Shown here piece by piece: positions 1 to 9,405 of a stretch of 64,000 nt of DNA. The translations under genes were made by a program, and so were the position numbers. Numbering within the stretch: the stretch's first letter is position 1; every line of letters begins with the position of its first letter. This stretch comes from a bacterium. Lineage in GTDB: Bacteria > Patescibacteriota > Andersenbacteria > UBA10190. The stretch is taken from positions 41,300 to 105,299 of the forward strand of contig JBDRMS010000005.1 of assembly GCA_043811915.1 (NCBI GenBank), in the 5' to 3' direction. Under the pieces are notes generated by a model. The model worked only from the letters and a program-made list of their open reading frames with translations. It was not told the origin of the DNA and made no database searches.

Positions 1-2
1 TT

Positions 3-83
3 TACCTGCTAGCTTTATATACCTTGGGAGAAATTAAGCCCGCCGACCGTGCTCGTTTAGCCCGTCTCCGCCCTAAACTATGA
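3..83 (+). CDS. 3' end of an upstream membrane protein (possibly a polysaccharide flippase), partial
   Basis: Frame 3 is open from the window edge: YLLALYTLGEIKPADRARLARLRPKL*. Its stop overlaps the ATG at 80 (ATGA). Confidence 0.5.
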   Translation, partial: YLLALYTLGEIKPADRARLARLRPKL

Positions 84-643
84 AAATCGAAGTATTAATA
101 ATTATTGGCATTGTTGCAGTTCTGATAATAATTTTTATACCGCAGGTAAGCACCGGAGAGCGTGATGTTGCCGTCATAGAAAACATTCACGGCATACCCT
201 TTGCCCGCCGGAACAACAGTCAAATAATCACCGAAAAATTAGCTCATGCGGATATATACCTGAAAAATTCACCACTGGCCAAAAAAATTACTCTTACGAT
301 TACTCTCACTCCCCACAACACCAACTTAATCCGAGTCGGCATCCGTGAAAATGCGTTTTGGTTAAGCTATGCTAAGCATGAACTTTATCACTCGGCCGGG
401 GAGGAAACTACAATAACCCGCACCGTCACCATTCCCTTAACCGATAAAATCATTGATAGCAACGGTTCCGTTGATCTTATGTTTTTTACTTCCACCGACT
501 GGACCACAGAATACGAAGGCACATCAGATACCACGTACTGGGAATTAAATAGCATTGACGCCGAAGTGAGCCTTGCTCGCCCCACCAGAGTTGAACTTAA
601 AAACTATCTAAGAAGTAAATTAACCAATGAAAAGCCTGCCTAG
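80..643 (+). CDS. Hypothetical N-terminally membrane-anchored protein
   Basis: 187-aa ORF with a hydrophobic N-terminal helix; overlaps both neighbours. Confidence 0.7.
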   Translation: MKIEVLIIIGIVAVLIIIFIPQVSTGERDVAVIENIHGIPFARRNNSQIITEKLAHADIYLKNSPLAKKITLTITLTPHNTNLIRVGIRENAFWLSYAKHELYHSAGEETTITRTVTIPLTDKIIDSNGSVDLMFFTSTDWTTEYEGTSDTTYWELNSIDAEVSLARPTRVELKNYLRSKLTNEKPA

Positions 644-1985
644 AAAAACCCGCTTCTTAATTATTATTGTCCTTGTTGTTGTCGGCTCCTTTTTAATGTC
701 CGTAAAATCAGACCGCTTGTTTATTACCCTGACCACTACTCCAGGTGCAGACAACGGCATTGTGCTAAACAGTGAAAGCACTTACCAACAAACATTTATT
801 GCTACCCGATCCAGTATTACCCGTTTGGGACTATACTTCGTACCGTTGGTGGAAGATATTCCCCATGACAATATTACTTTACGTATTAGCAAAGGTGATC
901 AGCAGCTGGTTGAGCACACCATATCAACTGCTGTTATTGATGGAGAGAACTTCACCCAGGTTCGTTTTTCCAGTCCCCTGGCCGTCACTCATGGCGACCA
1001 GGTTACCGTTGATATCTCCGTTCCTCCTTCATTGAGCAAATCCTTGCGCCTGCAACAGCGCCAACCAGATGAAACATTTTCTACAGATAACGTTGAGTTA
1101 AAAGTGGACGGCCAGGTCCAGGTAGCCCCCGCCGCTTACCAGGTTTATTACCAGTGGCGTCCCTATCTAGCCTTACAGCTAGGCGGGTTGCTTCTTATTT
1201 TAGCCGCCCTTTTGCTTATTCGCAGTAACTCGGCCACATTACCTCTATATGTTCTGGGGTCATCTGTCCTGTTTATTGCTCCAGCTTTAGTTCGCGGCAA
1301 CGTGCCCCTGATAACATTTATCTACGCTGTCCTGGCTCTGGCCAGCATGACCATGCTATTGCGTGAGCGCAAAGTATCGCTTTTATCCGCTCTCCTGGGC
1401 GGGCATGTCTTTGCTTTCACTACCTGGCTGCCCCTACACGCCATGGCTGGCCGAGAATATTACGCTCTATTCGCTTTGTTTCCTTTGTTACTTTCCATCC
1501 GCCGGCGTAAATTATTCCCCGCCATTCTTCTAGCCGCCATCATTATATTATTTCTTGGTTCCTGGCATTCAGTCCTCTCTATGCCCAGCGGGCACGCTAA
1601 TTTTCGCGACATCTTTCTCGACCCAAACCAGATACCAGACAGCCAAAAAGTCCCCGGTTATACCTGGGATCATTTCGGCAGCTATGTTGGCATTCCTGCC
1701 TTAATCCTGGCTCTGATCGGCCTTGCCTGGCAAGGTAAGCGTTGCAAGTTAATTGTCCTGATAGGTTTATTGGGGCTGTTTGCTCCACCGCATTTCATCA
1801 TTCTAACCACTTTCGCTCTAGCCTATTTTGCCGCCTTTGGTTTACACGGCTTAAGGCTTTATTTGCAACCAGCTCACCACGCCAAAGACAAGATTGTTGC
1901 CACGGTAATTTTTCTCATTTTCCTGATCACCCTTCTCGATTTATGGCAGGTCGCCGCCTTTACCATCGAACATAAATTACTGTGA
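627..1985 (+). CDS. Multi-pass membrane protein, YfhO/GT-C-like
   Basis: Extracellular beta-rich domain, then many TM helices including an FGSYVGIPALILALIG segment resembling YfhO-like proteins. Confidence 0.55.
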   Translation: MKSLPRKTRFLIIIVLVVVGSFLMSVKSDRLFITLTTTPGADNGIVLNSESTYQQTFIATRSSITRLGLYFVPLVEDIPHDNITLRISKGDQQLVEHTISTAVIDGENFTQVRFSSPLAVTHGDQVTVDISVPPSLSKSLRLQQRQPDETFSTDNVELKVDGQVQVAPAAYQVYYQWRPYLALQLGGLLLILAALLLIRSNSATLPLYVLGSSVLFIAPALVRGNVPLITFIYAVLALASMTMLLRERKVSLLSALLGGHVFAFTTWLPLHAMAGREYYALFALFPLLLSIRRRKLFPAILLAAIIILFLGSWHSVLSMPSGHANFRDIFLDPNQIPDSQKVPGYTWDHFGSYVGIPALILALIGLAWQGKRCKLIVLIGLLGLFAPPHFIILTTFALAYFAAFGLHGLRLYLQPAHHAKDKIVATVIFLIFLITLLDLWQVAAFTIEHKLL

Positions 1986-3538
1986 AGTCAGAATTTCAGC
2001 AGACAGCCGCATCGGCCAGCCTGATTGGTATCACCGCCTTCGGCGGCGCGCTTATTGGCTTTATCCTCCAGCTTCTCGTCGCCTATTATTTTGGCGCCTC
2101 CGCACAAACCGATGCCTACTTTATGGCCCTCTCCTCATCGGAACTCCTTTCCAAACTCCTCTTAGGTGGCTCAATTACAGCAGTTTTTCTGCCTATGTTT
2201 GTTCAACGTCTAACCCGGGGACAAAAACAGCAAGCCTGGCACTTAGCCCTCAACCTATTTCACTTAACCGCCGCCGCTTTTATTATCCTCATTTTTCTGC
2301 TGGGTATTTTTGCTGAACCATTTATCCACTTCATCGCTCCCGGATTTGATGCTACAACGTCCGCTCTGACTATTAAGCTTCTGCGCGTACTTCTGCCTGC
2401 CTTCCTTTTTCTATACCTGGTTGAGCTGACCACCGCCATGCTTCATGCCCTAAAGCAATTTGCCATTCCTGCCCTATTGCGCCTTATCGCTCCTGCTACA
2501 TCAATTATTGTTATCCTCCTATTGGTAAAAACCATTGGCATTTTTGCTCTGGCTCTTGGCACCGTTATCAGCTCCGTCCTTCAATTAAGTTTCCTGTTGT
2601 GGGGACTGCGCCGCCAGGGACTTTCCTATCGCCTCGTCTTTAAGCCACTAGATCCAGCCATCAAACGCCTGCTTATTCTCGTTTATCCGTTCATAATGTC
2701 CGTGCTGGTGACGGGAGGCGCTGGCATCGTTTATCGTGTCCTGGTGTCCGAGCTCACCCCGGGCAGTCTGGCCGCTCTTAAATTCGCCGAGAAAATTACC
2801 CAGCTCCTGACTATAATTTTTCTCACCTCCGTTACTATGGTTATCTACCCCACCCTGTCTGCCAAAGCCGCCCGCCGCGACTTTGTCGGCGTCCGCCGCA
2901 CTATAGCGGGCGCTATCAGGTTAATTACTTTCACCACCATTCCCATTATTGTTGGCGTAATCATCCTTCGCCAGCCGCTAATTTCCTTTCTGTATCAGCG
3001 TGGCTCATTCAGCGCCGAGGACGCCGCTATGACCAGCCTCGCCCTGCTCTTCTTAAGCTTAGGGCTACCCGTGAACGGCGTGGGCTCCGTGCTCGGCCAC
3101 GCCACCCTGGCCTTACAGGAAACTCGCGCTTCTGTAGCCGTAAGCATCGCCTCCCAAGCCGTTGCTATAGCGCTGTTTGTTTTGTTAGTTCCTCCCCTGG
3201 CCCACGCCGGGCTGGCGCTCGCCTCCTCCCTGGTTCCCTTAAGCATCGCCTTACTATACTTCCTGTATCTCACCCGCTTTATCCCTAACCTGAAAATAAT
3301 TTTCTGGCACAGCACCTACCTGAAAATTGCCGCCCTGGCCCTGGCTCTGGCCGCCGTCGTTACTATCGCTTTACCCCCAAGCCGCAACCTAACCAGTATT
3401 CACCAGCTCTCCTTATTCCTGCAGTTGTTGGTTCCAACTCTGGCCGGCGCCGCCGTCTACTTCACCGGTGCCTACTTATGGAAAATACCCGAAATGCATG
3501 AACTCACCGGCATCCTCCGCCGCAAAATAAACCTGTAA
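1982..3538 (+). CDS. murJ: Lipid II flippase MurJ/MviN
   Basis: AYYFGASAQTDAYFMA, GSITAVFLPMF, LYQRGSFSAED and HAGLALASS motifs; about 14 TM helices. Confidence 0.88.
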   Translation: MKSEFQQTAASASLIGITAFGGALIGFILQLLVAYYFGASAQTDAYFMALSSSELLSKLLLGGSITAVFLPMFVQRLTRGQKQQAWHLALNLFHLTAAAFIILIFLLGIFAEPFIHFIAPGFDATTSALTIKLLRVLLPAFLFLYLVELTTAMLHALKQFAIPALLRLIAPATSIIVILLLVKTIGIFALALGTVISSVLQLSFLLWGLRRQGLSYRLVFKPLDPAIKRLLILVYPFIMSVLVTGGAGIVYRVLVSELTPGSLAALKFAEKITQLLTIIFLTSVTMVIYPTLSAKAARRDFVGVRRTIAGAIRLITFTTIPIIVGVIILRQPLISFLYQRGSFSAEDAAMTSLALLFLSLGLPVNGVGSVLGHATLALQETRASVAVSIASQAVAIALFVLLVPPLAHAGLALASSLVPLSIALLYFLYLTRFIPNLKIIFWHSTYLKIAALALALAAVVTIALPPSRNLTSIHQLSLFLQLLVPTLAGAAVYFTGAYLWKIPEMHELTGILRRKINL

Positions 3539-3596
3539 AATACAAGCCCTAGAAGCTGTGTCGCGGCCATTCAAGCCCCCGCTGTTTAAACTATTC

Positions 3597-3797
3597 TCAC
3601 CCCTTAAATCTCTTGTCAATTTCAATAACTTTATTTTCAATTTCCTTTAGTCGCTTTTGTAGCTTACTGGCCAGCTCCAGGCCGCGTTCAAATTGCGGCA
3701 GATCTTTTTCTAAATCCAGCTCGCGTGACTCAAAATCCGCCACAATTTTTTCCAGCTCCTCATATCCCCTGGAAAAATTAAATTTATTTCCGCTCAT
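3597..3797 (-). CDS. xseB: Exodeoxyribonuclease VII small subunit
   Basis: FSRGYEELEKIV...LDLEKDLPQFERGLEL; directly downstream of xseA. Confidence 0.92.
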   Translation of the reverse strand: MSGNKFNFSRGYEELEKIVADFESRELDLEKDLPQFERGLELASKLQKRLKEIENKVIEIDKRFKG

Positions 3798-4915
3798 AAA
3801 TTATTTCTACTTGTTTTAATTACAGATGAATTAACTAATCCCTCGCTCAACTGTGTTGTTATTGTATCCTTAATTGTTATTTTAGTTACATCCTTAAGTA
3901 TCTTCCCGTCAGCTCCGCGCGTAATACTATAGCCCCTTTTCAGTGTTTGTTGCGGCGATAGCGAGCCCAACATACGCTGCAGTTGAATTATTTTTTGTTG
4001 GGTAGTTTGTAAGCGATTCCTTAAAGTATAACTAACAATTTTAACTGCTCCCTCAATAGCTGCACCTCGCGTTTTTATCTGGTCGATTAGAGCATTAGCC
4101 AATCCCTTATGCATTCCTTCAACTTCCCGTTTAATTTCCTCGCGCGATCGCACCAGTAGCTCAGCCGCGTTGCTGGGAGTGGAAGCCCTTACATCCGCCG
4201 CCAATTCAGCCAATGTTATATCCCTCTCGTGTCCCACCCCGACAATAATGGGAGTTCGCGATGACGCCACAGCCCGCACTACAGACTCATCATTAAAGGC
4301 CTGCAAATCCTCCAAACTCCCTCCGCCGCGCACCAACACGATCGCGTCCAGATTATTAAGGCCGGCATTGGCGGTCTTGAGGGCTTCAATAATTTGGCGG
4401 GGGGCGTCTTCGCCTTGCACTTGCGTATGAATAAATGAAATCGTCAAGCCTCCCATGCGAGCCTGCAGCACTTTCAAAAAATCTGCGTAGGCCGCCGCCT
4501 CGCGAGATGTAATCAGTGCGACGTGTCGGGGAAATCGCGGCAATATCCGTTTTCGCTCGGCTGCAAACATACCCTCGGCCATTAATTTTTTTCTCAACAA
4601 TTCAAACGCGCGTTTGAGCGACCCCTCGCCGGCCGCCTGCACTGACTTTAAATTAAAACTGAACCCCCATTTTTGTGTCAGTCTTGGTCTGCCCGTCACC
4701 TGCACCATCATGCCATTTTCAATTTCCGTCTTCAGGTCCCAAACTGTCATAAAACATCGGACATTGCTTTCTTTGTCTTTCAATGTAAACCGTACCCACT
4801 TATTTCCGCTGATATTAAACTCATCTACCTCCCCCTCTACCATCACCCCGTCAAAAACAATTAAATCATCATCAACAGCGCTGACAAATTCTGTCACCGA
4901 AAGCGCCTTATTCAT
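3794..4915 (-). CDS. xseA: Exodeoxyribonuclease VII large subunit
   Basis: OB fold, VRGGGSLEDLQAFNDE, GVGHERD, TPSNAAE and LSPQQTLKRGYSI motifs. Confidence 0.95.
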   Translation of the reverse strand: MNKALSVTEFVSAVDDDLIVFDGVMVEGEVDEFNISGNKWVRFTLKDKESNVRCFMTVWDLKTEIENGMMVQVTGRPRLTQKWGFSFNLKSVQAAGEGSLKRAFELLRKKLMAEGMFAAERKRILPRFPRHVALITSREAAAYADFLKVLQARMGGLTISFIHTQVQGEDAPRQIIEALKTANAGLNNLDAIVLVRGGGSLEDLQAFNDESVVRAVASSRTPIIVGVGHERDITLAELAADVRASTPSNAAELLVRSREEIKREVEGMHKGLANALIDQIKTRGAAIEGAVKIVSYTLRNRLQTTQQKIIQLQRMLGSLSPQQTLKRGYSITRGADGKILKDVTKITIKDTITTQLSEGLVNSSVIKTSRNNL

Positions 4916-4919
4916 CCCC

Positions 4920-5153
4920 CTATTCCTCCCGGTATGAAGAAAGCCAGTCCATCAGCTTTTTTCTATGCTTATTGATAGTCCATTCACAACCCTCTTTGAA
5001 TAGCGAGGGGTACAAAGTTTGAAATTTTTCTAATGTCTTAAGCGTGGCGCGGGGAAAAGCGTCAGGAATATTTTTGTTGTAATACTCAACAAAAACTTTA
5101 GTAGGTGTCCCTACCAAATTAACATCCACCTCATTAGCTTCTTTTTTGTTCAC
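4920..5153 (-). CDS. Small hypothetical protein
   Basis: ORF upstream of xseA. GTG at 5153 chosen as start because TATAGT lies 6 nt upstream. Confidence 0.6.
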   Translation of the reverse strand: MNKKEANEVDVNLVGTPTKVFVEYYNKNIPDAFPRATLKTLEKFQTLYPSLFKEGCEWTINKHRKKLMDWLSSYREE

Positions 5154-5456
5154 CAACACACTATACCACACAGGAGACACAAATTCAAGGCCCCGTAGAT
5201 AATAAAAAATCCAGCAGTAGCGTTCAATCTGCTGGAGGAAAAGACACGCGGCAGTAAATCAAGAAGCGGCTTAGGCGCATCGACAGCCAGCCTGGCAGAA
5301 ATTGAAGCCCAGCTAAAAACAGCCAATCGTTGGGCTGTGCTAAGAAGCCTCAAAGAAGTTCTTTTCCTGGGGCTAATTATTCTCCTGCTGCCTTTGGCCT
5401 ACGCGGGCTGGAAGGCGAATAAAGAAAAAGCCCGGGGGCGGCTTTAAAACAAAAAC

Positions 5457-5720
5457 TTAATGCATCATTTTTAAAAAGTCTGTGCACCCGGGGCACTTCT
5501 CCGTCAACTTCATCTCCGAGGTTGTCTCCCCACCAGGGTTACTGTAAAACACAGCACCACAGTAATAACACTCATGTTCTACTAAACCCCTCGTCCTAAT
5601 CCCTGGTTGTCTCTCAGCGGCTCTTTGCTCCTGCTCCTTCGTGTCTTTTCTTTCACGCAAAAGACAGAAAACAATGCCAACTATGAGCAACAACATCCCG
5701 CTTCCTGCTATCCATTCCAT
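5457..5720 (-). CDS. Small membrane-anchored zinc-ribbon protein
   Basis: N-terminal TM helix; CYYC...CPGC; GAGGAG SD upstream. Confidence 0.65.
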   Translation of the reverse strand: MEWIAGSGMLLLIVGIVFCLLRERKDTKEQEQRAAERQPGIRTRGLVEHECYYCGAVFYSNPGGETTSEMKLTEKCPGCTDFLKMMH

Positions 5721-5828
5721 TATGCCATCTCCTCGAAAACATCTGTCTGTCAGTGTACAAATCCATCCCCACTATTCTCCTTTACTCCCCCCTTGTCAAC
5801 AACGCAGCCAGGCGTCCGGGCCTGTTTG

Positions 5829-5854
5829 CCCCACGAAGCTTTAGCGAAGTGGGG
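5829..5854. repeat. REP-like palindrome CCCCAC-GAAGCTTTAGCGAA-GTGGGG (intergenic)
   Basis: 6-bp stem; loop nearly identical to the copy at 23751-23777. Confidence 0.75.
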
Positions 5855-5881
5855 ACCTCATTAACCCCATTAATCTATTTA

Positions 5882-6169
5882 TTAAGTATAAGTAAGATAG
5901 TTATTCGATAATCTGATAACCTCATCCGAAGCATATAGTGGCGCATGTGTATACAACTCTTCCATAAATCTGTTTTGCTTATCTCTATCTTCCCACCCAT
6001 CAAAAAAACCAATTAAATTCTCAAGAAAGATTTTATATTGAGTTTCCTTTCTTTCTGCTATTCTCCGTTGAGTTTCCCTCTTAACCTCAAATAAATGATT
6101 GATGTAAGCTCCAATAATGCCACCCAGCCCAAATAAAGACAAAATTGATAAAATGATTTCAGTGCTCAT
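5882..6169 (-). CDS. Hypothetical protein with N-terminal TM helix, possibly C-terminally truncated
   Basis: 95-aa AT-rich ORF ending shortly after LYASDEVIR. Confidence 0.6.
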   Translation of the reverse strand: MSTEIILSILSLFGLGGIIGAYINHLFEVKRETQRRIAERKETQYKIFLENLIGFFDGWEDRDKQNRFMEELYTHAPLYASDEVIRLSNNYLTYT

Positions 6170-6176
6170 AAATTTA

Positions 6177-6365
6177 CTATGGCCTATATTGCTTCAGGGT
6201 AGTTTGCCTTATCCTCTCTTTAACTTCCTCCGGCCATTTTAACCCCTTGTTCCAAGCCGGCTTGCCTTTTCTGGCCCTTGAAATATTCTCTTTATGCTTT
6301 TTTGTCAGCTTTTTATTTTTATTCCAGGGAATGCGCGCTTTGAATTTGAAGTTTTGATCAGTCAT
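6177..6365 (-). CDS. Stand-alone NUMOD3 DNA-binding motif protein
   Basis: Two repeats: PWNKNKKLTKKHKENIS and AWNKGLKWPEEVKERIR. Confidence 0.75.
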   Translation of the reverse strand: MTDQNFKFKARIPWNKNKKLTKKHKENISRARKGKPAWNKGLKWPEEVKERIRQTTLKQYRP

Positions 6366-6390
6366 ATATTTAAGTTAAGTATTAGGTATT

Positions 6391-6406
6391 GATGTAGCAC
6401 TACATC
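6391..6406. promoter_or_regulatory. Operator-like palindrome GATGTAG-CA-CTACATC
   Basis: Perfect 7-bp inverted repeat upstream of the NUMOD3 gene, near the expected -35 position. Confidence 0.4.
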
Positions 6407-6431
6407 CTATACTACTACATAAAAAATCCTG

Positions 6432-6920
6432 TCAAGATTTGTTTTTGTAATTATCCTTCACCTCCACCGCGTCCAGCCCAAGCTCGCAAAAAATCTCCTC
6501 GTATTTTTTTCGAGCCTCATCAATTTTTGTCACTCGCTCCATGCCATCCATTTTTTGTACCGATTTCTCTCCGTATTCTCGCACCACATCCCGCCAGGCG
6601 AGACGATGAATCAGCTCATCCCAGAAAGTCTCGTCGTCGTACTCTTGCCGCAAGCTCTCCACGTCCGTTAATCCTTCAAACTGGCGTGTGGGAAAGAAAC
6701 GACCCTCATTCATAAGCTCATCATCAACATACTTCGAAAATCCAAATTTCTTGGCGTGCGAGAAAATATAATCTTCAATTTCTTCATATTCCTTCTTCCT
6801 GCCTTCTACCCTATAGGCATTCGCCATCCAGTTACCCAGATAGACAGCTTTCAACAACGCCAAGAACTGCTCCTTGGTAAGTTCAATAGTTCTCTTTTTG
6901 TTCTTGACAATGTTTGACAT
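6432..6920 (-). CDS. Hypothetical protein
   Basis: 162-aa charged ORF co-directional with the island genes. Confidence 0.7.
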   Translation of the reverse strand: MSNIVKNKKRTIELTKEQFLALLKAVYLGNWMANAYRVEGRKKEYEEIEDYIFSHAKKFGFSKYVDDELMNEGRFFPTRQFEGLTDVESLRQEYDDETFWDELIHRLAWRDVVREYGEKSVQKMDGMERVTKIDEARKKYEEIFCELGLDAVEVKDNYKNKS

Positions 6921-6937
6921 ACACGTACAATGTAAAT

Positions 6938-6991
6938 AGCCCTCGGGTGCCTCACCGCCGTATCCATTCGGCGCGCATAAGCACCCGGGCT
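6938..6991 (-). ncRNA. Putative structured RNA immediately 3' of the DUF3800-like gene
   Basis: Nested stems 6938-41/6988-91, 6944-50/6981-87 and 6956-60/6969-73; no U-tract in the gene's orientation. Confidence 0.5.
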
Positions 6992-6994
6992 TTT

Positions 6995-7441
6995 TTATGG
7001 CAAAGATAATCGCTTAATTTCTCCATAGGTTAAAACACGATTAGCCTTTCTTTTACCCCTCAAAACCTGAAAACATACATTGTGAGCCGATGAGCTCTTG
7101 CCGATTTCACTAATCTCAAAAGGGGGCACCACCCCATCACCGCGACTCCACATTTCTAAAAACATACTAACAAAAGCACGTTCTTTGCCCGCGTACTCCC
7201 TGTCAAGTCTAATACTCAACTTATCACCCACGCCCGCGTACCTAAGTAACAAAACCACACCTGCCATAAAAACGCGGTATCGGAAAAGCTTAGGTCTGCC
7301 AATCAGGCGAAAATCTTCCTGTAATTTTCTCTTCACCCTGCTCGGCAAAACTACAACATACTGAATATCATTGGACAATCCTATAATTGTGTCTCTGCTC
7401 ATTTGTTCAATTTTTATCGATTGGTCTACTTCAACTCTCAT
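6995..7441 (-). CDS. DUF3800-like (RNase H-like fold) protein
   Basis: N-terminal VEVDQS resembles the DUF3800 xDES motif; IRLDREY mid-protein; AHNVC near the C-terminus. Confidence 0.5.
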   Translation of the reverse strand: MRVEVDQSIKIEQMSRDTIIGLSNDIQYVVVLPSRVKRKLQEDFRLIGRPKLFRYRVFMAGVVLLLRYAGVGDKLSIRLDREYAGKERAFVSMFLEMWSRGDGVVPPFEISEIGKSSSAHNVCFQVLRGKRKANRVLTYGEIKRLSLP

Positions 7442-8985
7442 AACAACATATCCAAATCATCAACAATTCTTTTCTCTAACTTCCTTCCCTCTTTGAATAA
7501 ATCTCCCAACTCTCCCTTAAATCGCTTCATCTTTTTCTCAAACGGCTCGCCATCGTCATCGTCTTTATCTTCCGTACCAACGTAGCGGCCAGGGTTAAGC
7601 GAATAGCCGGCTTCGCGAACCTCATCAAGTGTTGCCATCTTACACAACCCTTTCACGTCTTCATATTTTTTTGCTCCTTTCTCGACTCGATAGCTGCGCA
7701 CAATGCCGGCAATCTGCTCTATCTGCTCATCCGTCCAATCCCTATGCGCCCGATCAACTTGCCGATAAATATTCCGCGCGTCGATAAACAAAATTTTATC
7801 TTTGCGATCTGCCTTCTTCCCCTTATCCAAAAACCACAACGTAACCGACAACGGCACATTGTAAAACATGTTCGGACCAACAGCCACCATAACATCAATT
7901 ACACCGTCTTCGATAATCTTCTTGCGAATTTCTTTCTCACTATGCCCAGCGTCGCTAGTAGCATTAGACATCACGAACCCGGCCCGGCCCTTGTCTTTCA
8001 AAGAAGCTAGAAAATGCTGAATCCAAATATAGTTGCCGTTATCTGCCCGCGGCACCCCGTACGCAAACCGCGGATCATCCTTAATCCGCCCCATGTCAAT
8101 TCCTTTCACATTGAACGGGGGATTAGCCATGGTGAAATCAAACTTGCCCAGGCTGCGATGCAAATCCTCATAATACGTATTGCCCTGCTTTATATCACCC
8201 GACAGCCCATGAATTGCCAGGTTCATCTTGGCAATGCGAATAGTCTGCTCCGTCTTCTCCTGCCCATACAGTGATATCTCCCGAGACGCTTTTGTTTTTT
8301 TACCATTTTCCAGATGTCGTTTAACAAACTCGTGCGACTGCACAAACATACCGCCCGACCCACAAGCCGGGTCATAAATCTTGCCGTGATATGGCTCAAT
8401 AACCTCAACAATCAGCTTAACAATCGAAGTAGGCGTAAAAAACTCCCCGCCTCGTGACCCATCAGCCAACGCAAACTTACCCAGGAAATATTCATAAATC
8501 CTACCGAACGCGTCACCCTCAATGCCATCGGGAATCTGATTAAAGTTTTTTAGCAACGTAATTAACGTATTGTTATCCAGCTGGTTATAATTATTCGGCA
8601 ACACCCCGGCCAATTCCTTGTTTTCCTCCTCAATCATCTTCATAGCCTCATTCACTGCCTTGCCAACATCAGTTCCTTCAGGAAGAGATATTAAATGTGA
8701 AAAATGTGCTTCATCAGGAATATACAAAACTCCTCGCGCTTGATAATTAGTCGCCGTCACCGGCCGCTGCCGCCGCGTCTTGCGCTTTTCTCTCTCTTTT
8801 TCTATCTCTTCCCTCGCTGTCACAAACCGTACATCGGCGAATTTCAAGAAAATCAAACCTAAAACCGGCTCGGCAAACTCATTCAGCCGCAGCGGCGACT
8901 CCGCCCTCATCTTTCCCGCCGCTTCCCACAATCGACTCTCCAGTGATTTTTGCTGCTTTTCTTTTTTTGTTTTTGCTTTAGCCAT
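7438..8985 (-). CDS. hsdM: Type I restriction-modification methyltransferase subunit M
   Basis: GEFFTPTSIV, YDPACGSGGMF, ANPPFN and YSLNPGRYVG motifs. Confidence 0.95.
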   Translation of the reverse strand: MAKAKTKKEKQQKSLESRLWEAAGKMRAESPLRLNEFAEPVLGLIFLKFADVRFVTAREEIEKEREKRKTRRQRPVTATNYQARGVLYIPDEAHFSHLISLPEGTDVGKAVNEAMKMIEEENKELAGVLPNNYNQLDNNTLITLLKNFNQIPDGIEGDAFGRIYEYFLGKFALADGSRGGEFFTPTSIVKLIVEVIEPYHGKIYDPACGSGGMFVQSHEFVKRHLENGKKTKASREISLYGQEKTEQTIRIAKMNLAIHGLSGDIKQGNTYYEDLHRSLGKFDFTMANPPFNVKGIDMGRIKDDPRFAYGVPRADNGNYIWIQHFLASLKDKGRAGFVMSNATSDAGHSEKEIRKKIIEDGVIDVMVAVGPNMFYNVPLSVTLWFLDKGKKADRKDKILFIDARNIYRQVDRAHRDWTDEQIEQIAGIVRSYRVEKGAKKYEDVKGLCKMATLDEVREAGYSLNPGRYVGTEDKDDDDGEPFEKKMKRFKGELGDLFKEGRKLEKRIVDDLDMLL

Positions 8986-8997
8986 AATAACTATCTC

Positions 8998-9405
8998 CTA
9001 AGACTCAATCCTCTCCACCGCCAGCAACTGTTCCAACGAAGTCCTGACTTGCCTCAAATCATTCTCCGTCAACGCTGGATTCAACATCCACAACTGCTTC
9101 GGCCGATTAAACGACCTCCCTTCCTAGTCCACATCAATCGTACCCGCTTTTATGATCAACGGCATACCATCACGCTTAGCAAACGAACTCAAAACACCAC
9201 TAATCTCACGCCCACTCAAAGAAACAATCTCACCCAAGTCATCTGAATTAAACAAACCCTTCTTTTTTGAGCGCATCAACACCATGTGTGACAAAATTTT
9301 CATCGCCACCCGCGAATAATCCCCAAAGTATCCTATATCATATCTACTACCACCACTCATACGGTCGTAGTATATCGCGTCCGCGTAGTGGAAATCAACA
9401 CTCAC
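8998..9405 (-). pseudogene. Hypothetical (possibly winged-helix) gene interrupted by an in-frame TAG at 9124-9126
   Basis: The frame stays open for 41 codons past the TAG (EGRSFNRPKQLWMLNP...ERIES*) and ends at the hsdM SD. Confidence 0.6.
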
